A stretch of 48,015 nucleotides of DNA from Alphaproteobacteria bacterium (GCA_018666195.1 JABJAG010000076.1:1-48015), one strand, 5' to 3'. Positions 28,625-38,340 are shown, counted from the stretch's first letter. The notes: generated by a model not told the origin, from the sequence alone. Numbers and translations: made by a program.

Positions 28625-29380
28625 ATGGCATTGCTTGAAATTAAAAACCTGCACGCAACGGTCGACGACAAGCCGATCCTCAACGGCCTCGATCTCACGA
28701 TTGGCGGCGGCGAAGTGCACGCGATCATGGGGCCGAATGGCTCGGGCAAGAGTACCTTGTCCTACGTTCTTTCAGGACGTGATGGTTACGAGGTCACTGG
28801 CGGTGAAGTGCTGTTCGACGGCAAGAATCTGCTGGAGATGGAAGCCGATGAACGCGCCCGTGAAGGCGTGTTCCTGGCCTTTCAGTATCCAGTTGAAATT
28901 CCCGGGGTTACCAGCATCACGTTTCTGCGGACCGCAGTGAATGCTGTTCGTCAGCACCATGGTGAGAGTCCGTTTGATGCGATGGATTTCGTCAAATACA
29001 TCCGTGAGAAAGCGGCCGGGCTGAATGTGTCGGACGACATGCTCAAACGAGCGGTCAACACCGGGTTCTCGGGCGGTGAGAAGAAGCGGATGGAAATTCT
29101 GCAGATGGCCGCGTTGGATCCCAAACTGGCCATTCTCGACGAGACGGATTCCGGTCTGGACATTGATGCCCTGAAAGTCGTCGCAGAAGGCGTGAACGCC
29201 ATGCGATCAGATGAACGCGGTTTGCTGGTCATCACCCATTACCAGCGTCTGCTTGATTACATCGTCCCGGATCATGTGCATGTGCTCGCCAAAGGCCGGA
29301 TTGTGAAATCAGGCGGCAAGGAGCTGGCGCATGAACTGGAAGAAAGCGGCTATGCCGAATTCCTTGAGGACGCGGCCTGA
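28625..29380 (+). CDS. sufC: Fe-S cluster assembly ATPase SufC
   Basis: Walker A GPNGSGKST, ABC signature FSGGEKKR and Walker B LAILDETDSGLD. Confidence 0.95.
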   Translation: MALLEIKNLHATVDDKPILNGLDLTIGGGEVHAIMGPNGSGKSTLSYVLSGRDGYEVTGGEVLFDGKNLLEMEADERAREGVFLAFQYPVEIPGVTSITFLRTAVNAVRQHHGESPFDAMDFVKYIREKAAGLNVSDDMLKRAVNTGFSGGEKKRMEILQMAALDPKLAILDETDSGLDIDALKVVAEGVNAMRSDERGLLVITHYQRLLDYIVPDHVHVLAKGRIVKSGGKELAHELEESGYAEFLEDAA

Positions 29381-30723
29381 TGCCTGACGGAAGCGGACAC
29401 ATGCAGCCCTATCTGGATCAGGCGCTCGAGGGCGCTTCCAATCTGGTCGGGTCCGGGGTCGATTGGATCGATGCGCTTCGGCGCGCGGGTGCCGATGCTT
29501 ATGGCACCCACGGTCTGCCAAAACGCCGTGACGAATATTGGCGCTACACCAACCTGAATGCGCTGGCCGATGAGGAGTTTCGTCTGGCCAATGGTGCGCC
29601 TGCGATTGGTTTGCCCTCGCTGCCGCACAAGCTGGTGGCCGAGCTGGCAACCTATCGCGTTGTTGTGGTGAACGGACGTCTGCGTCCCGATCTTTGCGCA
29701 TTGGACGGGTTACCCGACGATGTTCTGGTTTCCGGTCTGGAAGATTTGATGGCTGCGGCGCCCGCCCGTCTGGAGCCCTATCTGGGGAAAATCATTCGCC
29801 TTGATGAGATGCCGATGGCGGCGTTGAACACGGCCTTTTTGCGTGACGGCATGGCGATGTTTGTGGGGGATCGGGTTGTCCTCGACAAGCCGGTGCATCT
29901 GATTTCAATCACGGCTCCGGGCGATCGCCCACTGATGGTGCAGCCGCGTCATCTGGTGGTGCTGGGAAAGAACGCAAGCGCGACCCTGATCGAGACTCAC
30001 ATTACGGCTGAGGGTGGTTCGAGTTTCAACAATATCGTCGCGGAACTGCACATGGACGATGGTGCCAAGCTGAATCATTTCGTGTTTCAGGAAGAGGCCG
30101 AGACAAGTGTTCACCTCTCGGGAACCGCCGTCGCGATGGGGGCCGATACGACCTATGACAGCTTTGTGCTGCAGAGTGGCGGTGCCATTGGGCGCAGTGA
30201 AATCCACGCTTATTTGAATGGTACGGGCGGTGATTGCCGTCTGGATGGCGTTTATCTGGCTTCTGACAAACAGGTTGTCGACAACACGACTTTCGTGGAG
30301 CACGCCGCGCCGGGCTGTCGTTCAAGGCAAGTCTACAAGGGTGTCCTCGACGGACAGTCGCGCGGTGTTTTTCAGGGCAAGGTACATGTGTTGCGTGACG
30401 CGCAGCAGACCGACGGGCATCAGTTGAGCCGTGCGTTGCTGCTGTCGCCGCGCGCCGAGATCGACGCGCGCCCGGAGTTGGAAATCTATGCTGATGATGT
30501 GAAATGCAGCCATGGTGCCACGGCCGGCGAACTGGATGATGATTCGCTTTTCTATCTGCTCAGTCGCGGCATTCCGCGTGAGGATGCCCGTCGGATGCTG
30601 ATTGAAGCCTTCCTGTCGGAAGCAATCGCCGAGATTCCGCTGGAACAGGTCGCCGAAGATTTTACGACCCATGTGCGCCAGTGGCTGGCGAACAATGTCG
30701 GAAGCGCGCGTGGGCAGGACTGA
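29380..30723 (+). CDS. sufD: Fe-S cluster assembly protein SufD
   Basis: 447-aa ORF. Its start overlaps the sufC stop (TGATG). It has a SufB/D beta-helix C-terminal block (CSHGATAGELDDDSLFYLLSRGI). Confidence 0.9.
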   Translation: MPDGSGHMQPYLDQALEGASNLVGSGVDWIDALRRAGADAYGTHGLPKRRDEYWRYTNLNALADEEFRLANGAPAIGLPSLPHKLVAELATYRVVVVNGRLRPDLCALDGLPDDVLVSGLEDLMAAAPARLEPYLGKIIRLDEMPMAALNTAFLRDGMAMFVGDRVVLDKPVHLISITAPGDRPLMVQPRHLVVLGKNASATLIETHITAEGGSSFNNIVAELHMDDGAKLNHFVFQEEAETSVHLSGTAVAMGADTTYDSFVLQSGGAIGRSEIHAYLNGTGGDCRLDGVYLASDKQVVDNTTFVEHAAPGCRSRQVYKGVLDGQSRGVFQGKVHVLRDAQQTDGHQLSRALLLSPRAEIDARPELEIYADDVKCSHGATAGELDDDSLFYLLSRGIPREDARRMLIEAFLSEAIAEIPLEQVAEDFTTHVRQWLANNVGSARGQD

Positions 30724-30726
30724 CCC

Positions 30727-31980
30727 ATGACGACATCCAACAGAGCCGAGACCACGCCAATGACTTATGACGTCGAGGCCATTCGTGCCGATTTCCCGAT
30801 CCTTTCGCGCAAGATGCACGAAAAGCCGCTGGCCTTCCTCGACAGTGCGGCCTCGGCCCAGAAGCCGCGTCAGGTGATTGATGCAGTCAGCAAGGTCTAC
30901 GAGAACGAGTACGCCAATGTGCATCGTGGGCTTTATCAGATCAGTGAGGCCGTCACGACCCGCTATGAAGGCACGCGGGAAATTATCCGCGAGTTCATTG
31001 GGGCGGCGCATACCCATGAAATTATCTTCACGCGCAATGGCACGGAATCGATCAACCTCGTGGCCCACAGCTTCGGGCGGAATTTCCTGAGTGAGGGTGA
31101 CGAGGTCATCATCACCGCGCTGGAGCACCACGCCAATATTGTCCCCTGGCAGATGCTGCGTGACGAGAAGGGGATCGTTCTGAAGGTCGCCCCGATCACC
31201 GATGACGGCGAGCTTGTCATGTCCGCCTTCGATGATTTGTTGAGCCCGCGAACCAAACTGGTTTCTGTGGCGCATATGTCGAATGTGATGGGCACGATTT
31301 TGCCGATCAAGGACATCATCGATAAAGCCCATGCGGTCGGTGCCAAGGTCCTGATCGACGGATGTCAGTCGGTGACTCATATTCCGGTCGACGTGCAGGC
31401 ACTAGGCTGTGATTTCTATATTTTTTCGGGCCACAAACTCTATGGGCCCAGCGGTATTGGCGTGCTGTATGGCCGCGAAGAACTGCTCGATGAGATGCCA
31501 CCGTTCATGGGCGGGGGCGACATGATTTCCTCTGTGACATTTGAGGAATCGACCTGGGCGAAGCTGCCCCACAAGTTTGAAGCCGGAACGCCTGCCATTG
31601 CGCAGGCCATCGGTTTGGGGGCAGCCATTGAGTATGTGAATGGCCTGGGACTGGACGCCATTGGCGCTCATGAGGCTGATCTTCTGAAATATGCGACCCA
31701 GCAGCTTTCAAGCCTGGAAGGGCTGCGGATTATTGGCACCGCCCCGACCAAGGCGAGCGTCGTGTCCTTCGTGCTCGAATATGCTCATCCCCATGACATT
31801 GCGACGATCATTGATCGTGCCGGGGTGGCTGTCCGGGCGGGGCATCATTGTGCGCAACCACTGATGGAGCGTATGGATGTGCCGGCAACAGTGCGGGCGT
31901 CGATCGGGCTGTATAACAATCGCGCCGATATAGATGCGCTGGTGCGCGCCCTTGGCGAAGTACAGGAGATGTTTGGCTGA
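30727..31980 (+). CDS. sufS: class II cysteine desulfurase SufS
   Basis: 417-aa ORF with ANVHRG, the PLP-Lys in FSGHKLYGPSGIG and the catalytic Cys in RAGHHCAQP. Confidence 0.92.
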   Translation: MTTSNRAETTPMTYDVEAIRADFPILSRKMHEKPLAFLDSAASAQKPRQVIDAVSKVYENEYANVHRGLYQISEAVTTRYEGTREIIREFIGAAHTHEIIFTRNGTESINLVAHSFGRNFLSEGDEVIITALEHHANIVPWQMLRDEKGIVLKVAPITDDGELVMSAFDDLLSPRTKLVSVAHMSNVMGTILPIKDIIDKAHAVGAKVLIDGCQSVTHIPVDVQALGCDFYIFSGHKLYGPSGIGVLYGREELLDEMPPFMGGGDMISSVTFEESTWAKLPHKFEAGTPAIAQAIGLGAAIEYVNGLGLDAIGAHEADLLKYATQQLSSLEGLRIIGTAPTKASVVSFVLEYAHPHDIATIIDRAGVAVRAGHHCAQPLMERMDVPATVRASIGLYNNRADIDALVRALGEVQEMFG

Positions 31981-32435
31981 TGAGTGACGATCTGCGGGAA
32001 CTTTATCAGGAAGTCATTCTCGATCACGGGAAGAATCCACGAAACTTTCATGAACATGATGGTGCGACCAACGAGGCGCGTGGCAACAATCCCCTTTGTG
32101 GTGATCAGCTTGTGATTTACCTGCAGCTCGATGGTGACCGGAACGTTGTAAACGCATCTTTTCTTGGCAAGGGCTGCGCGATTTGTATGGCATCGGCTTC
32201 GATGATGACGGATTTGGTCAAAGGCCGCAGCGCTGACGAGGCGCAATCCATGTTCCAGGCTTTCCACGATATGTGCACCGGCGAAGGCGATGAGACGGCG
32301 CTGGCCGAAGATATGGAAAAGCTGAGTGTTCTCTCGGGCGTCCGTGAGTTCCCGACCCGCGTGAAATGCGCAACCTTGCCCTGGCACACCATGGTGGCCG
32401 CGTTGAAGGGCGAGAATGAAATCTCGACGGAATAG
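31980..32435 (+). CDS. sufU: SUF system NifU-family sulfur acceptor/scaffold (SufU-type)
   Basis: The conserved ligands are NPLCGD, GKGCAICMASAS and RVKCATLPW. Confidence 0.85.
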   Translation: MSDDLRELYQEVILDHGKNPRNFHEHDGATNEARGNNPLCGDQLVIYLQLDGDRNVVNASFLGKGCAICMASASMMTDLVKGRSADEAQSMFQAFHDMCTGEGDETALAEDMEKLSVLSGVREFPTRVKCATLPWHTMVAALKGENEISTE

Positions 32436-32449
32436 GAAAGCACACCGCT

Positions 32450-32857
32450 ATGTCATTTGATCAGGAAATGGGCGATCCGTTTCAGATGTTTGCAAGGGTG
32501 CCAGGTGAGGAAATCACCGCGCGCGCTGGAGAACCTCTGCCTGAAGGCGTGCCTGTGGCCACCGAAGACGCTGTGATTGCCGCGCTCAAAACCGTGCACG
32601 ATCCCGAAATCCCGGTGAATATCTATGATCTGGGCCTGATTTATGAGGTCGAAATTCATTCTGTCGGGTCTGTGCGGGTCGATATGTCCCTGACAGCGCC
32701 CGCCTGTCCTGTAGCCGGTGAAATACCGGTCTGGGTGGCCAATGCGGTCGCTGCGGTAGAGGGTATAGGCGAGGTCGAAGTGAACCTGATTTGGGATCCG
32801 CCATGGACGCCCGACCGCATGTCTGACGATGCCAAGCTGGCACTCGATTTCGAATAA
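32450..32857 (+). CDS. sufT: SUF-associated DUF59/MIP18 family protein (SufT-like)
   Basis: HDPEIPVNIYDLGLIY and LTAPACPVAG motifs. Confidence 0.8.
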   Translation: MSFDQEMGDPFQMFARVPGEEITARAGEPLPEGVPVATEDAVIAALKTVHDPEIPVNIYDLGLIYEVEIHSVGSVRVDMSLTAPACPVAGEIPVWVANAVAAVEGIGEVEVNLIWDPPWTPDRMSDDAKLALDFE

Positions 32858-32884
32858 CCTATATGATCCGTTGAGGAGTGATTT

Positions 32885-33220
32885 ATGGCTGAACCGATCA
32901 TCAATTTGACAGACGCTGCCGCTGACAGGGTGCGAACCCTAATGGAGAAAGCGGATGAGGGGGCATCAGGCGTTCGCGTTGGCCTGTCCACGCGTGGCTG
33001 CTCCGGGCTGTCCTATGTCGTTGAGTACGCCAAGGAAGCCAAGCAATTCGAAGAGGTGATCGAGGACAAGGGCGTGCGTGTCTTTGTTGATCCGGCCGCC
33101 ACCATGTTCCTGATCGGCGCCACCATGGATTACCGCGAAGGCAAGTTCGAATCCGGGTTCGTATTTGAGAACCCGAACGCCAAAGGCACATGTGGCTGCG
33201 GCGAATCCTTCCACGTCTAG
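32885..33220 (+). CDS. A-type Fe-S cluster carrier (SufA/IscA/ErpA family)
   Basis: 111 aa, with GCSG ... CGCGESF cysteines. Confidence 0.85.
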   Translation: MAEPIINLTDAAADRVRTLMEKADEGASGVRVGLSTRGCSGLSYVVEYAKEAKQFEEVIEDKGVRVFVDPAATMFLIGATMDYREGKFESGFVFENPNAKGTCGCGESFHV

Positions 33221-33244
33221 AGAACACCAGCGGTCAGGATTCTC

Positions 33245-33577
33245 ATGCCGCGTATGACTTTCATTGATACGGACGGGAAACCGCTCGAAGTTGAGGCGCC
33301 AGTCGGGCATTCCCTGTTGCAGATCGCCTGGGACAACGGTGTTGATATTGAAGGTGCGTGCGAAGGGGCAATGGCCTGTTCGACCTGCCACGTGGTCATC
33401 GATCCGACATGGCACGAACGGCTGGATGCCCCCACCGAGGACGAGGAAGATATGCTCGACCTTGCGCCTGGACTGAAGCCAACCTCGCGACTGGGCTGTC
33501 AAATCATCATCACGGAGGCCATGGATGGGCTGGTCGTGCACCTACCGGGTGCCACGCGCAATCTGATGCTGGCCTGA
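33245..33577 (+). CDS. fdx: [2Fe-2S] ferredoxin, adrenodoxin/Fdx type
   Basis: CEGAMACSTCHV ... LGCQ cysteine pattern. Confidence 0.85.
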   Translation: MPRMTFIDTDGKPLEVEAPVGHSLLQIAWDNGVDIEGACEGAMACSTCHVVIDPTWHERLDAPTEDEEDMLDLAPGLKPTSRLGCQIIITEAMDGLVVHLPGATRNLMLA

Positions 33578-34257
33578 TGGCTTATCTTGATGACCTCGGC
33601 CTGTTTCCAAAACTGCGTGATGCGGGCGCAGAATTCTGGACGGCCTATACCGATCATGCCTTCGTCACACAGCTTGGCGACGGCACGCTGCCCAGAGCGG
33701 CTTTTCGGCACTATCTGGGACAGGATTACCTGTTTCTCATTCATTTCGCCCGCGCCTATGCCCTGGCCGCCTACAAGGCGGAGTCCCTGAGCGAAATTCG
33801 CGATGCTGCGGCGGGGATGCGTGCGATCGTCGACACCGAAATGGCGCTGCACGTTGCCTATTGCGCCGATTGGGGGCTCGATGAGGCGGCAATGGAGGCC
33901 TTGCCAGAAGCTTCGGCAACAATAGCTTATACCCGCTATGTGCTGGAAAAAGGTGGGCAGGGTGATCTGCTGGACCTCTATGTGGCCCTGGCGCCCTGCG
34001 TGATCGGCTATGGGGAAATCGGTGAGCGTCTGGCTGCTGACCCGGCCACTGTGCGGTCCGGCAATCCTTATGCGAGCTGGATCGAGATGTATGCGGGCGA
34101 AGAGTATCAGTCTGTCGCACGGGCACATGGCGAAGTGCTGGACAGGCTCTGGCGCACGCGCGCGGGTGGAGAGCGTCTTGCCTCCCTGTCGCGGACCTTT
34201 GCGCAGGCCACACGGCTGGAAGCCGACTTCTGGCAGATGGGGCTGGAGACCGCCTGA
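33577..34257 (+). CDS. tenA: TenA family protein (thiaminase II/aminopyrimidine aminohydrolase fold)
   Basis: ORF 33358..34257. The real start, ATG 33577, overlaps the fdx stop (TGATG). It has FVTQLGDGTLPRAAFRHYLGQDYLFLIHFARAYALA. Confidence 0.8.
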   Translation: MAYLDDLGLFPKLRDAGAEFWTAYTDHAFVTQLGDGTLPRAAFRHYLGQDYLFLIHFARAYALAAYKAESLSEIRDAAAGMRAIVDTEMALHVAYCADWGLDEAAMEALPEASATIAYTRYVLEKGGQGDLLDLYVALAPCVIGYGEIGERLAADPATVRSGNPYASWIEMYAGEEYQSVARAHGEVLDRLWRTRAGGERLASLSRTFAQATRLEADFWQMGLETA

Positions 34258-34260
34258 GTG

Positions 34261-34276
34261 GCGTCTATCGAGACGC
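34261..34276. terminator. short hairpin at the convergent tenA/hypothetical junction
   Basis: GCGTCT-ATCG-AGACGC. It overlaps the stop codon of the minus-strand gene and has no strong U-tract. Confidence 0.3.
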
Positions 34277-34900
34277 TGCTTTGCCCAATCCGACGATCTG
34301 AATATCTATGTGCTCGTTGGCGCTGCGAATACGCCCGTCATCCCAGAGCTCAGGTTCGGCATCCGCGCCGCGTGCGACGGTGTAACGGCTGTCCGTCAGA
34401 CCGCTGCGTGACAAGCCCGTGCGTGCCTGCGCAAGCAGTTCATCGCTGGTATAGGGACTGCCGCGACTGAGGGTGACCTTCCCGCCATGGACGACCAGAG
34501 AAAGGCTCCAGCCGTCAATGTCTGCAAGCGCCTTGGTCGTGCGGCGCACGATGTTCTCAACTTCACGTGCCACGACCGTATCCCGGCTGGTTCGGGAGTT
34601 ACCGCTGGCGCTCACTTTGAGTGAGAGAGGACCGTTCAGGACATTCAAATCAAATCGAAACTCCTTTGAAAGCGCTGCGGCCGCGTTCTCGCCGGCGGCG
34701 TTGCGCGCCTTCTGCATATCCATCGCAGTTGTGTCGAAGCAGGAGAGACGGGCTGTATCGTCCGTGAGGGTGGCGCAGCGGGCGAGGTCGTCGCGTAAGT
34801 CTGCATGTGCGGGTGGCGCCAGTACATTCGCCAATACACCCAGTCCGGCGAAAATCATGAAGGCGCATGTTCGCCGCGAGGGAGGAATTTGTTGGGTCAT
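34265..34900 (-). CDS. secreted hypothetical protein
   Basis: ORF 34265..35182, trimmed to ATG 34900. It has a signal peptide (MTQQIPPSRRTCAFMIFAGLGVLANVLAPPAHA) and a Cys pair in RCATLTDDTARLSCFD. I recognise no family confidently. Confidence 0.55.
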   Translation of the reverse strand: MTQQIPPSRRTCAFMIFAGLGVLANVLAPPAHADLRDDLARCATLTDDTARLSCFDTTAMDMQKARNAAGENAAAALSKEFRFDLNVLNGPLSLKVSASGNSRTSRDTVVAREVENIVRRTTKALADIDGWSLSLVVHGGKVTLSRGSPYTSDELLAQARTGLSRSGLTDSRYTVARGADAEPELWDDGRIRSANEHIDIQIVGLGKAASR

Positions 34901-35023
34901 TGAACGAGTGAAGGTCATTTCCAAAGGATGGGGCCTCTCGGGCGTTTGTTCAAGGTGGCATGAAGGATGACGACGGGATTGTGACTGGTTTGCGGATTGC
35001 CCGCTCAAGCCTATATTGCCGGG

Positions 35024-36184
35024 ATGAGCGTTCAGACAGAAAACCAAAAACCGGAAATCCGACCTGCGGACACGAAAGTCGTTGTGGCGATGTCGGGTGG
35101 CGTCGACAGTTCGGTGACAGCAGCATTGCTGCACGAGCAAGGTTACGACGTGGTCGGGATTACGCTCCAGCTTTACGATCACGGTGCCGCCACGGCCAAG
35201 TCAAAGGCCTGCTGCGCGGGGCAGGACATCTACGATGCGCATCGTGTTGCTGATGCCGTCGGGTTTCCGCATTACGTGCTGGATTATGAATCCCGATTCC
35301 GGGAGGACGTGATAGAGAATTTTGCCGATGCTTATGTGCGCGGCGAGACCCCCATTCCCTGCGTCACCTGCAATCAGACTGTGAAATTTCGCGATCTTGT
35401 GGCCACAGCAAAAGACCTTGGGGCTGAGTCTCTGGCGACCGGGCACTATATTCGCAGGGTCGAAGGGCCCGATGGTCCCGAATTGCACCGTGCGGTCGAT
35501 GCCGCACGTGATCAGAGCTACTTCCTGTTTGCGACGACACCCGAACAATTGGCGTTTCTGCGATTTCCGCTGGGCGATATGCCCAAGGATGATGTGCGCG
35601 ACCATGCACGCCGTCTGGGGTTGGAAATTTCCGAAAAGCCCGACAGTCAGGACATCTGTTTCGTCCCTGATGGCAAATATGCCTCGGTGGTCGAACGCTT
35701 GCGCCCGGAAGCTGGCGAGCCGGGTGAGATCGTGCACCTGGATGGATCGGTGCTCGGTCTGCACAAGGGCATCATGCACTTTACCATCGGGCAGCGTCGC
35801 GGGTTGGGCATCGGTGGACGCAAGGGTGCTGCCGAGGACGACGAGGTTCTCTACGTCATTCGGATTGATCCCGAGGCACGTCGTGTGGTGGTCGGACCAC
35901 GATCAGCGCTGGCAACATCTCGCCTGCGGGTGAGTGAGTTGAATTGGCTGGGGCAGGGCGATGGCCCGCCTGTCGAGGGTATGGAGGTTATGGTCCGGAT
36001 CCGTTCCACAATGGAACCCGTGCCTGGCCGTGTGTCAGCTGCGGAGAACGGTGGCGCCATGGTTGAGCTGGCCACGCCGGAGTTCGGTGTCTCACCGGGG
36101 CAGGCAGCAGTTTTCTATGATGGTAGCCAGGTGCTGGGCGGCGGCTGGATTTTGCGCAACGAACAACGGAGTGAAGCAGCATGA
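35024..36184 (+). CDS. mnmA: tRNA 2-thiouridine(34) synthase
   Basis: PP-loop [13 protein letters not shown], catalytic Cys residues (CVTCN, DICF) and DQSYFL. Confidence 0.92.
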   Translation: MSVQTENQKPEIRPADTKVVVAMSGGVDSSVTAALLHEQGYDVVGITLQLYDHGAATAKSKACCAGQDIYDAHRVADAVGFPHYVLDYESRFREDVIENFADAYVRGETPIPCVTCNQTVKFRDLVATAKDLGAESLATGHYIRRVEGPDGPELHRAVDAARDQSYFLFATTPEQLAFLRFPLGDMPKDDVRDHARRLGLEISEKPDSQDICFVPDGKYASVVERLRPEAGEPGEIVHLDGSVLGLHKGIMHFTIGQRRGLGIGGRKGAAEDDEVLYVIRIDPEARRVVVGPRSALATSRLRVSELNWLGQGDGPPVEGMEVMVRIRSTMEPVPGRVSAAENGGAMVELATPEFGVSPGQAAVFYDGSQVLGGGWILRNEQRSEAA

Positions 36185-36903
36185 GCACCTATATTCTGGT
36201 GCACGGCGCCTATCATGGCGGTTGGTGCTACGAAAAAATTGTGCCGCAACTCGAAGCACAGGGGCACACCGCCATCGCGGTTGATCTGCCCGGTCATGGC
36301 GATAATCGAATTCCGGTCGAGGAGGTCACACTGGCCAAATATGTCGACCATGTCTGTGACCTCATCAACGCACAGGATGAGCCGGTTGTTCTCGTGGGGC
36401 ACAGTCTGGGTGGTATGACCATTACCGAGGTTGCTGAGCGGATCCCGGAAAAAATGAGCTGGGTTGTGTATCTGACCGCCGTGATGCTGAAGAGCGGGCA
36501 AGAGCGGTCTGAACTCGCGGCCTATGATGACGAAGTCCCGATGACCTCCAAACGGATTGTGTCTGAAGACGGATTGTCGGCCACGATGCCCGCGGAAATC
36601 ATTCCCGAAACATTCTATGCCGTTTGCCCGCCAGACGACGTGGCCCGGGCGATGGCGCGTTTGGTGCCGCAGGCGACCGATCCCATCAAACGGACGGTCA
36701 GCACCACACCAGAGCGCTTTGGAACGGTAAAGCGTGTCTATATCGAATGTCTGCAGGACCGCGCGATCCCGATTGCAATGCAACGTGCGATGATTGCAGG
36801 ACAGCCCTGCGAAAAGGTGTTCACCATCGACACCGATCATTCGCCATTCTATTCGGCACCAGATGAACTGGCTGCCCATTTGCTGACGCTGAACGCGTCC
36901 TAG
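36181..36903 (+). CDS. alpha/beta hydrolase, methylesterase/SABP2-like
   Basis: ATGA overlap with mnmA. It has [13 protein letters not shown], the nucleophile GHSLGG and the triad His in DTDHSPF. Confidence 0.8.
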   Translation: MSTYILVHGAYHGGWCYEKIVPQLEAQGHTAIAVDLPGHGDNRIPVEEVTLAKYVDHVCDLINAQDEPVVLVGHSLGGMTITEVAERIPEKMSWVVYLTAVMLKSGQERSELAAYDDEVPMTSKRIVSEDGLSATMPAEIIPETFYAVCPPDDVARAMARLVPQATDPIKRTVSTTPERFGTVKRVYIECLQDRAIPIAMQRAMIAGQPCEKVFTIDTDHSPFYSAPDELAAHLLTLNAS

Positions 36904-36935
36904 AACACCAAACGTCTATCCAGGAGACACACCTC

Positions 36936-37328
36936 ATGCTCAAAACACGAAATCCCGCAAATATTGCGCCGCCTGCCGCCATGTACAGCCACTCGGTAGA
37001 GGTTCCGCCGAACGCGCGTTGGCTGGTGACAGCTGGTCAGGTCGGGGTGACTCCCGAAGGTGAGGTTCCCGAGGGCTTTGAGGCGCAGCACGACCTGATC
37101 TGGCAGAACACTCTTAAAATTCTCGCGGATGCCGGTTTTGGCCCCGAGCATATCGTACGTTTGAATGTCTATTCCACGGACCCGGATGGCCTGAAGCACA
37201 TGAAGGGTCATCGCGAAAAATATCTCGCACCGGGCCATGTTCCGGCATCGACCTGGGTTGTGATCAGCCAACTCGCCAACCCGAAATGGGTTGTTGAGAT
37301 GGAGACCATCGCCGCCAAGCCTGAATAG
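36936..37328 (+). CDS. RidA/YjgF family protein
   Basis: 130 aa, with a YjgF/chorismate mutase-like fold sequence (PAAMYSHSV ... VEMETIA). Confidence 0.8.
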   Translation: MLKTRNPANIAPPAAMYSHSVEVPPNARWLVTAGQVGVTPEGEVPEGFEAQHDLIWQNTLKILADAGFGPEHIVRLNVYSTDPDGLKHMKGHREKYLAPGHVPASTWVVISQLANPKWVVEMETIAAKPE

Positions 37329-37354
37329 GCCTTGCCCGGTTCCGGTGCCCGGGC

Positions 37355-38281
37355 GTGAGTGATGCGAGCCAGAGTCGGTTTCGGCAGGGATATTGGCCTT
37401 ATGGGCTGATTTTCGTTGCTGCACTGATTCTGGCGTCCAACCACATTATTGGTCGGTGGGTGCAGGGCACCATGCCCCCGATGGGGATCGGGTTCTGGCG
37501 ACTGGCCATCGCCACGATTGTGTTGTTGCCGTTCGTCGGATTCTCCGTCTGGCAAAAACGCGCGGTCTTGCGCAAACACTGGAAGCTGTTTCTGGTGATG
37601 GGAGTTGCGCTGGGGCCGTTTGGCAATGCAGCGGTCTATGTCGCCTACCATTCCACCACTGCGATCAATGGCGGGGTCGTCTCGACCGCCCAGCCGGTGG
37701 CCACGGTGTTGCTGAGCATTATTCTGTTTCGTGATGGCATCAGCCGGAACCAGTGGATTGGCGTGATTGCCGCGACATTGGGCGTGCTGGTGATCATTTC
37801 ACGGGGTGATTTGGGAATTCTGCTCGCACTGGAGCCCAATATTGGTGATCTGATCATGCTGGCCGCGATGTTTGGTTTCGCGGTTCACAACGTTCTGCTG
37901 CGCCGGTTTCCAAAGAATTTCTCAACCGCCGAGATCCTGCTGACCATCCAGCTTTTCGCAATGGCTGTGATGCTGCCGATTTATATTCTCGAAACGATAT
38001 TCTACATGCCGATGCCGGTGACATTTGAGTCGGTGGCGGTGATGGCCTGGATCGGGATTGCCGTCGCAATTGTGGCTGTTGGCTGTACGAACACGGTTGT
38101 GCTGGCGATCGGCGCCAACCGGTCCGTGATGTCGAATTATGTGCGTGCCGTGCTGACGGCCTTGCTGGCTGTTCTGATTTTGGGAGAGACGCTGGAGAGC
38201 TTCCACCTGATTGCGTTTGCGCTGGTGGTGGTCGGCGTGGTGCTGTTGGGACGCGGCCGGAAGGCAACGAAACCCGTCTGA
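37355..38281 (+). CDS. DMT superfamily (EamA-like) transporter
   Basis: 308-aa ORF with a GTG start. It is a multi-TM hydrophobic protein with two EamA-like halves. Confidence 0.8.
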   Translation: MSDASQSRFRQGYWPYGLIFVAALILASNHIIGRWVQGTMPPMGIGFWRLAIATIVLLPFVGFSVWQKRAVLRKHWKLFLVMGVALGPFGNAAVYVAYHSTTAINGGVVSTAQPVATVLLSIILFRDGISRNQWIGVIAATLGVLVIISRGDLGILLALEPNIGDLIMLAAMFGFAVHNVLLRRFPKNFSTAEILLTIQLFAMAVMLPIYILETIFYMPMPVTFESVAVMAWIGIAVAIVAVGCTNTVVLAIGANRSVMSNYVRAVLTALLAVLILGETLESFHLIAFALVVVGVVLLGRGRKATKPV

Positions 38282-38293
38282 AGCGCCGTCCGG

Positions 38294-38324
38294 CTTGACA
38301 GGTGGGGAGCGTGCCGACTATATC
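38294..38324 (+). promoter_or_regulatory. candidate strong promoter for tRNA-Met
   Basis: CTTGACA (38294-38300), a 17/18-nt spacer, then CTATATC (38318-38324). It ends about 17 nt before the mature tRNA 5' end. Confidence 0.5.
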
Positions 38325-38340
38325 CGCAGCCGCGATCTGG

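Noticed and set aside
33358-33576. An N-terminal 73-codon extension of the tenA ORF that overlaps fdx in another frame. Similar upstream extensions affect the tyrS, anmK, cysE, nifS-like, DMT, nadQ, bcp, hydrolase and bicupin ORFs.
   Set aside because: In each case, homology-like sequence begins at an internal Met. The extension overlaps a neighbouring gene or a divergent spacer and is compositionally odd (Arg/His/Cys-rich).
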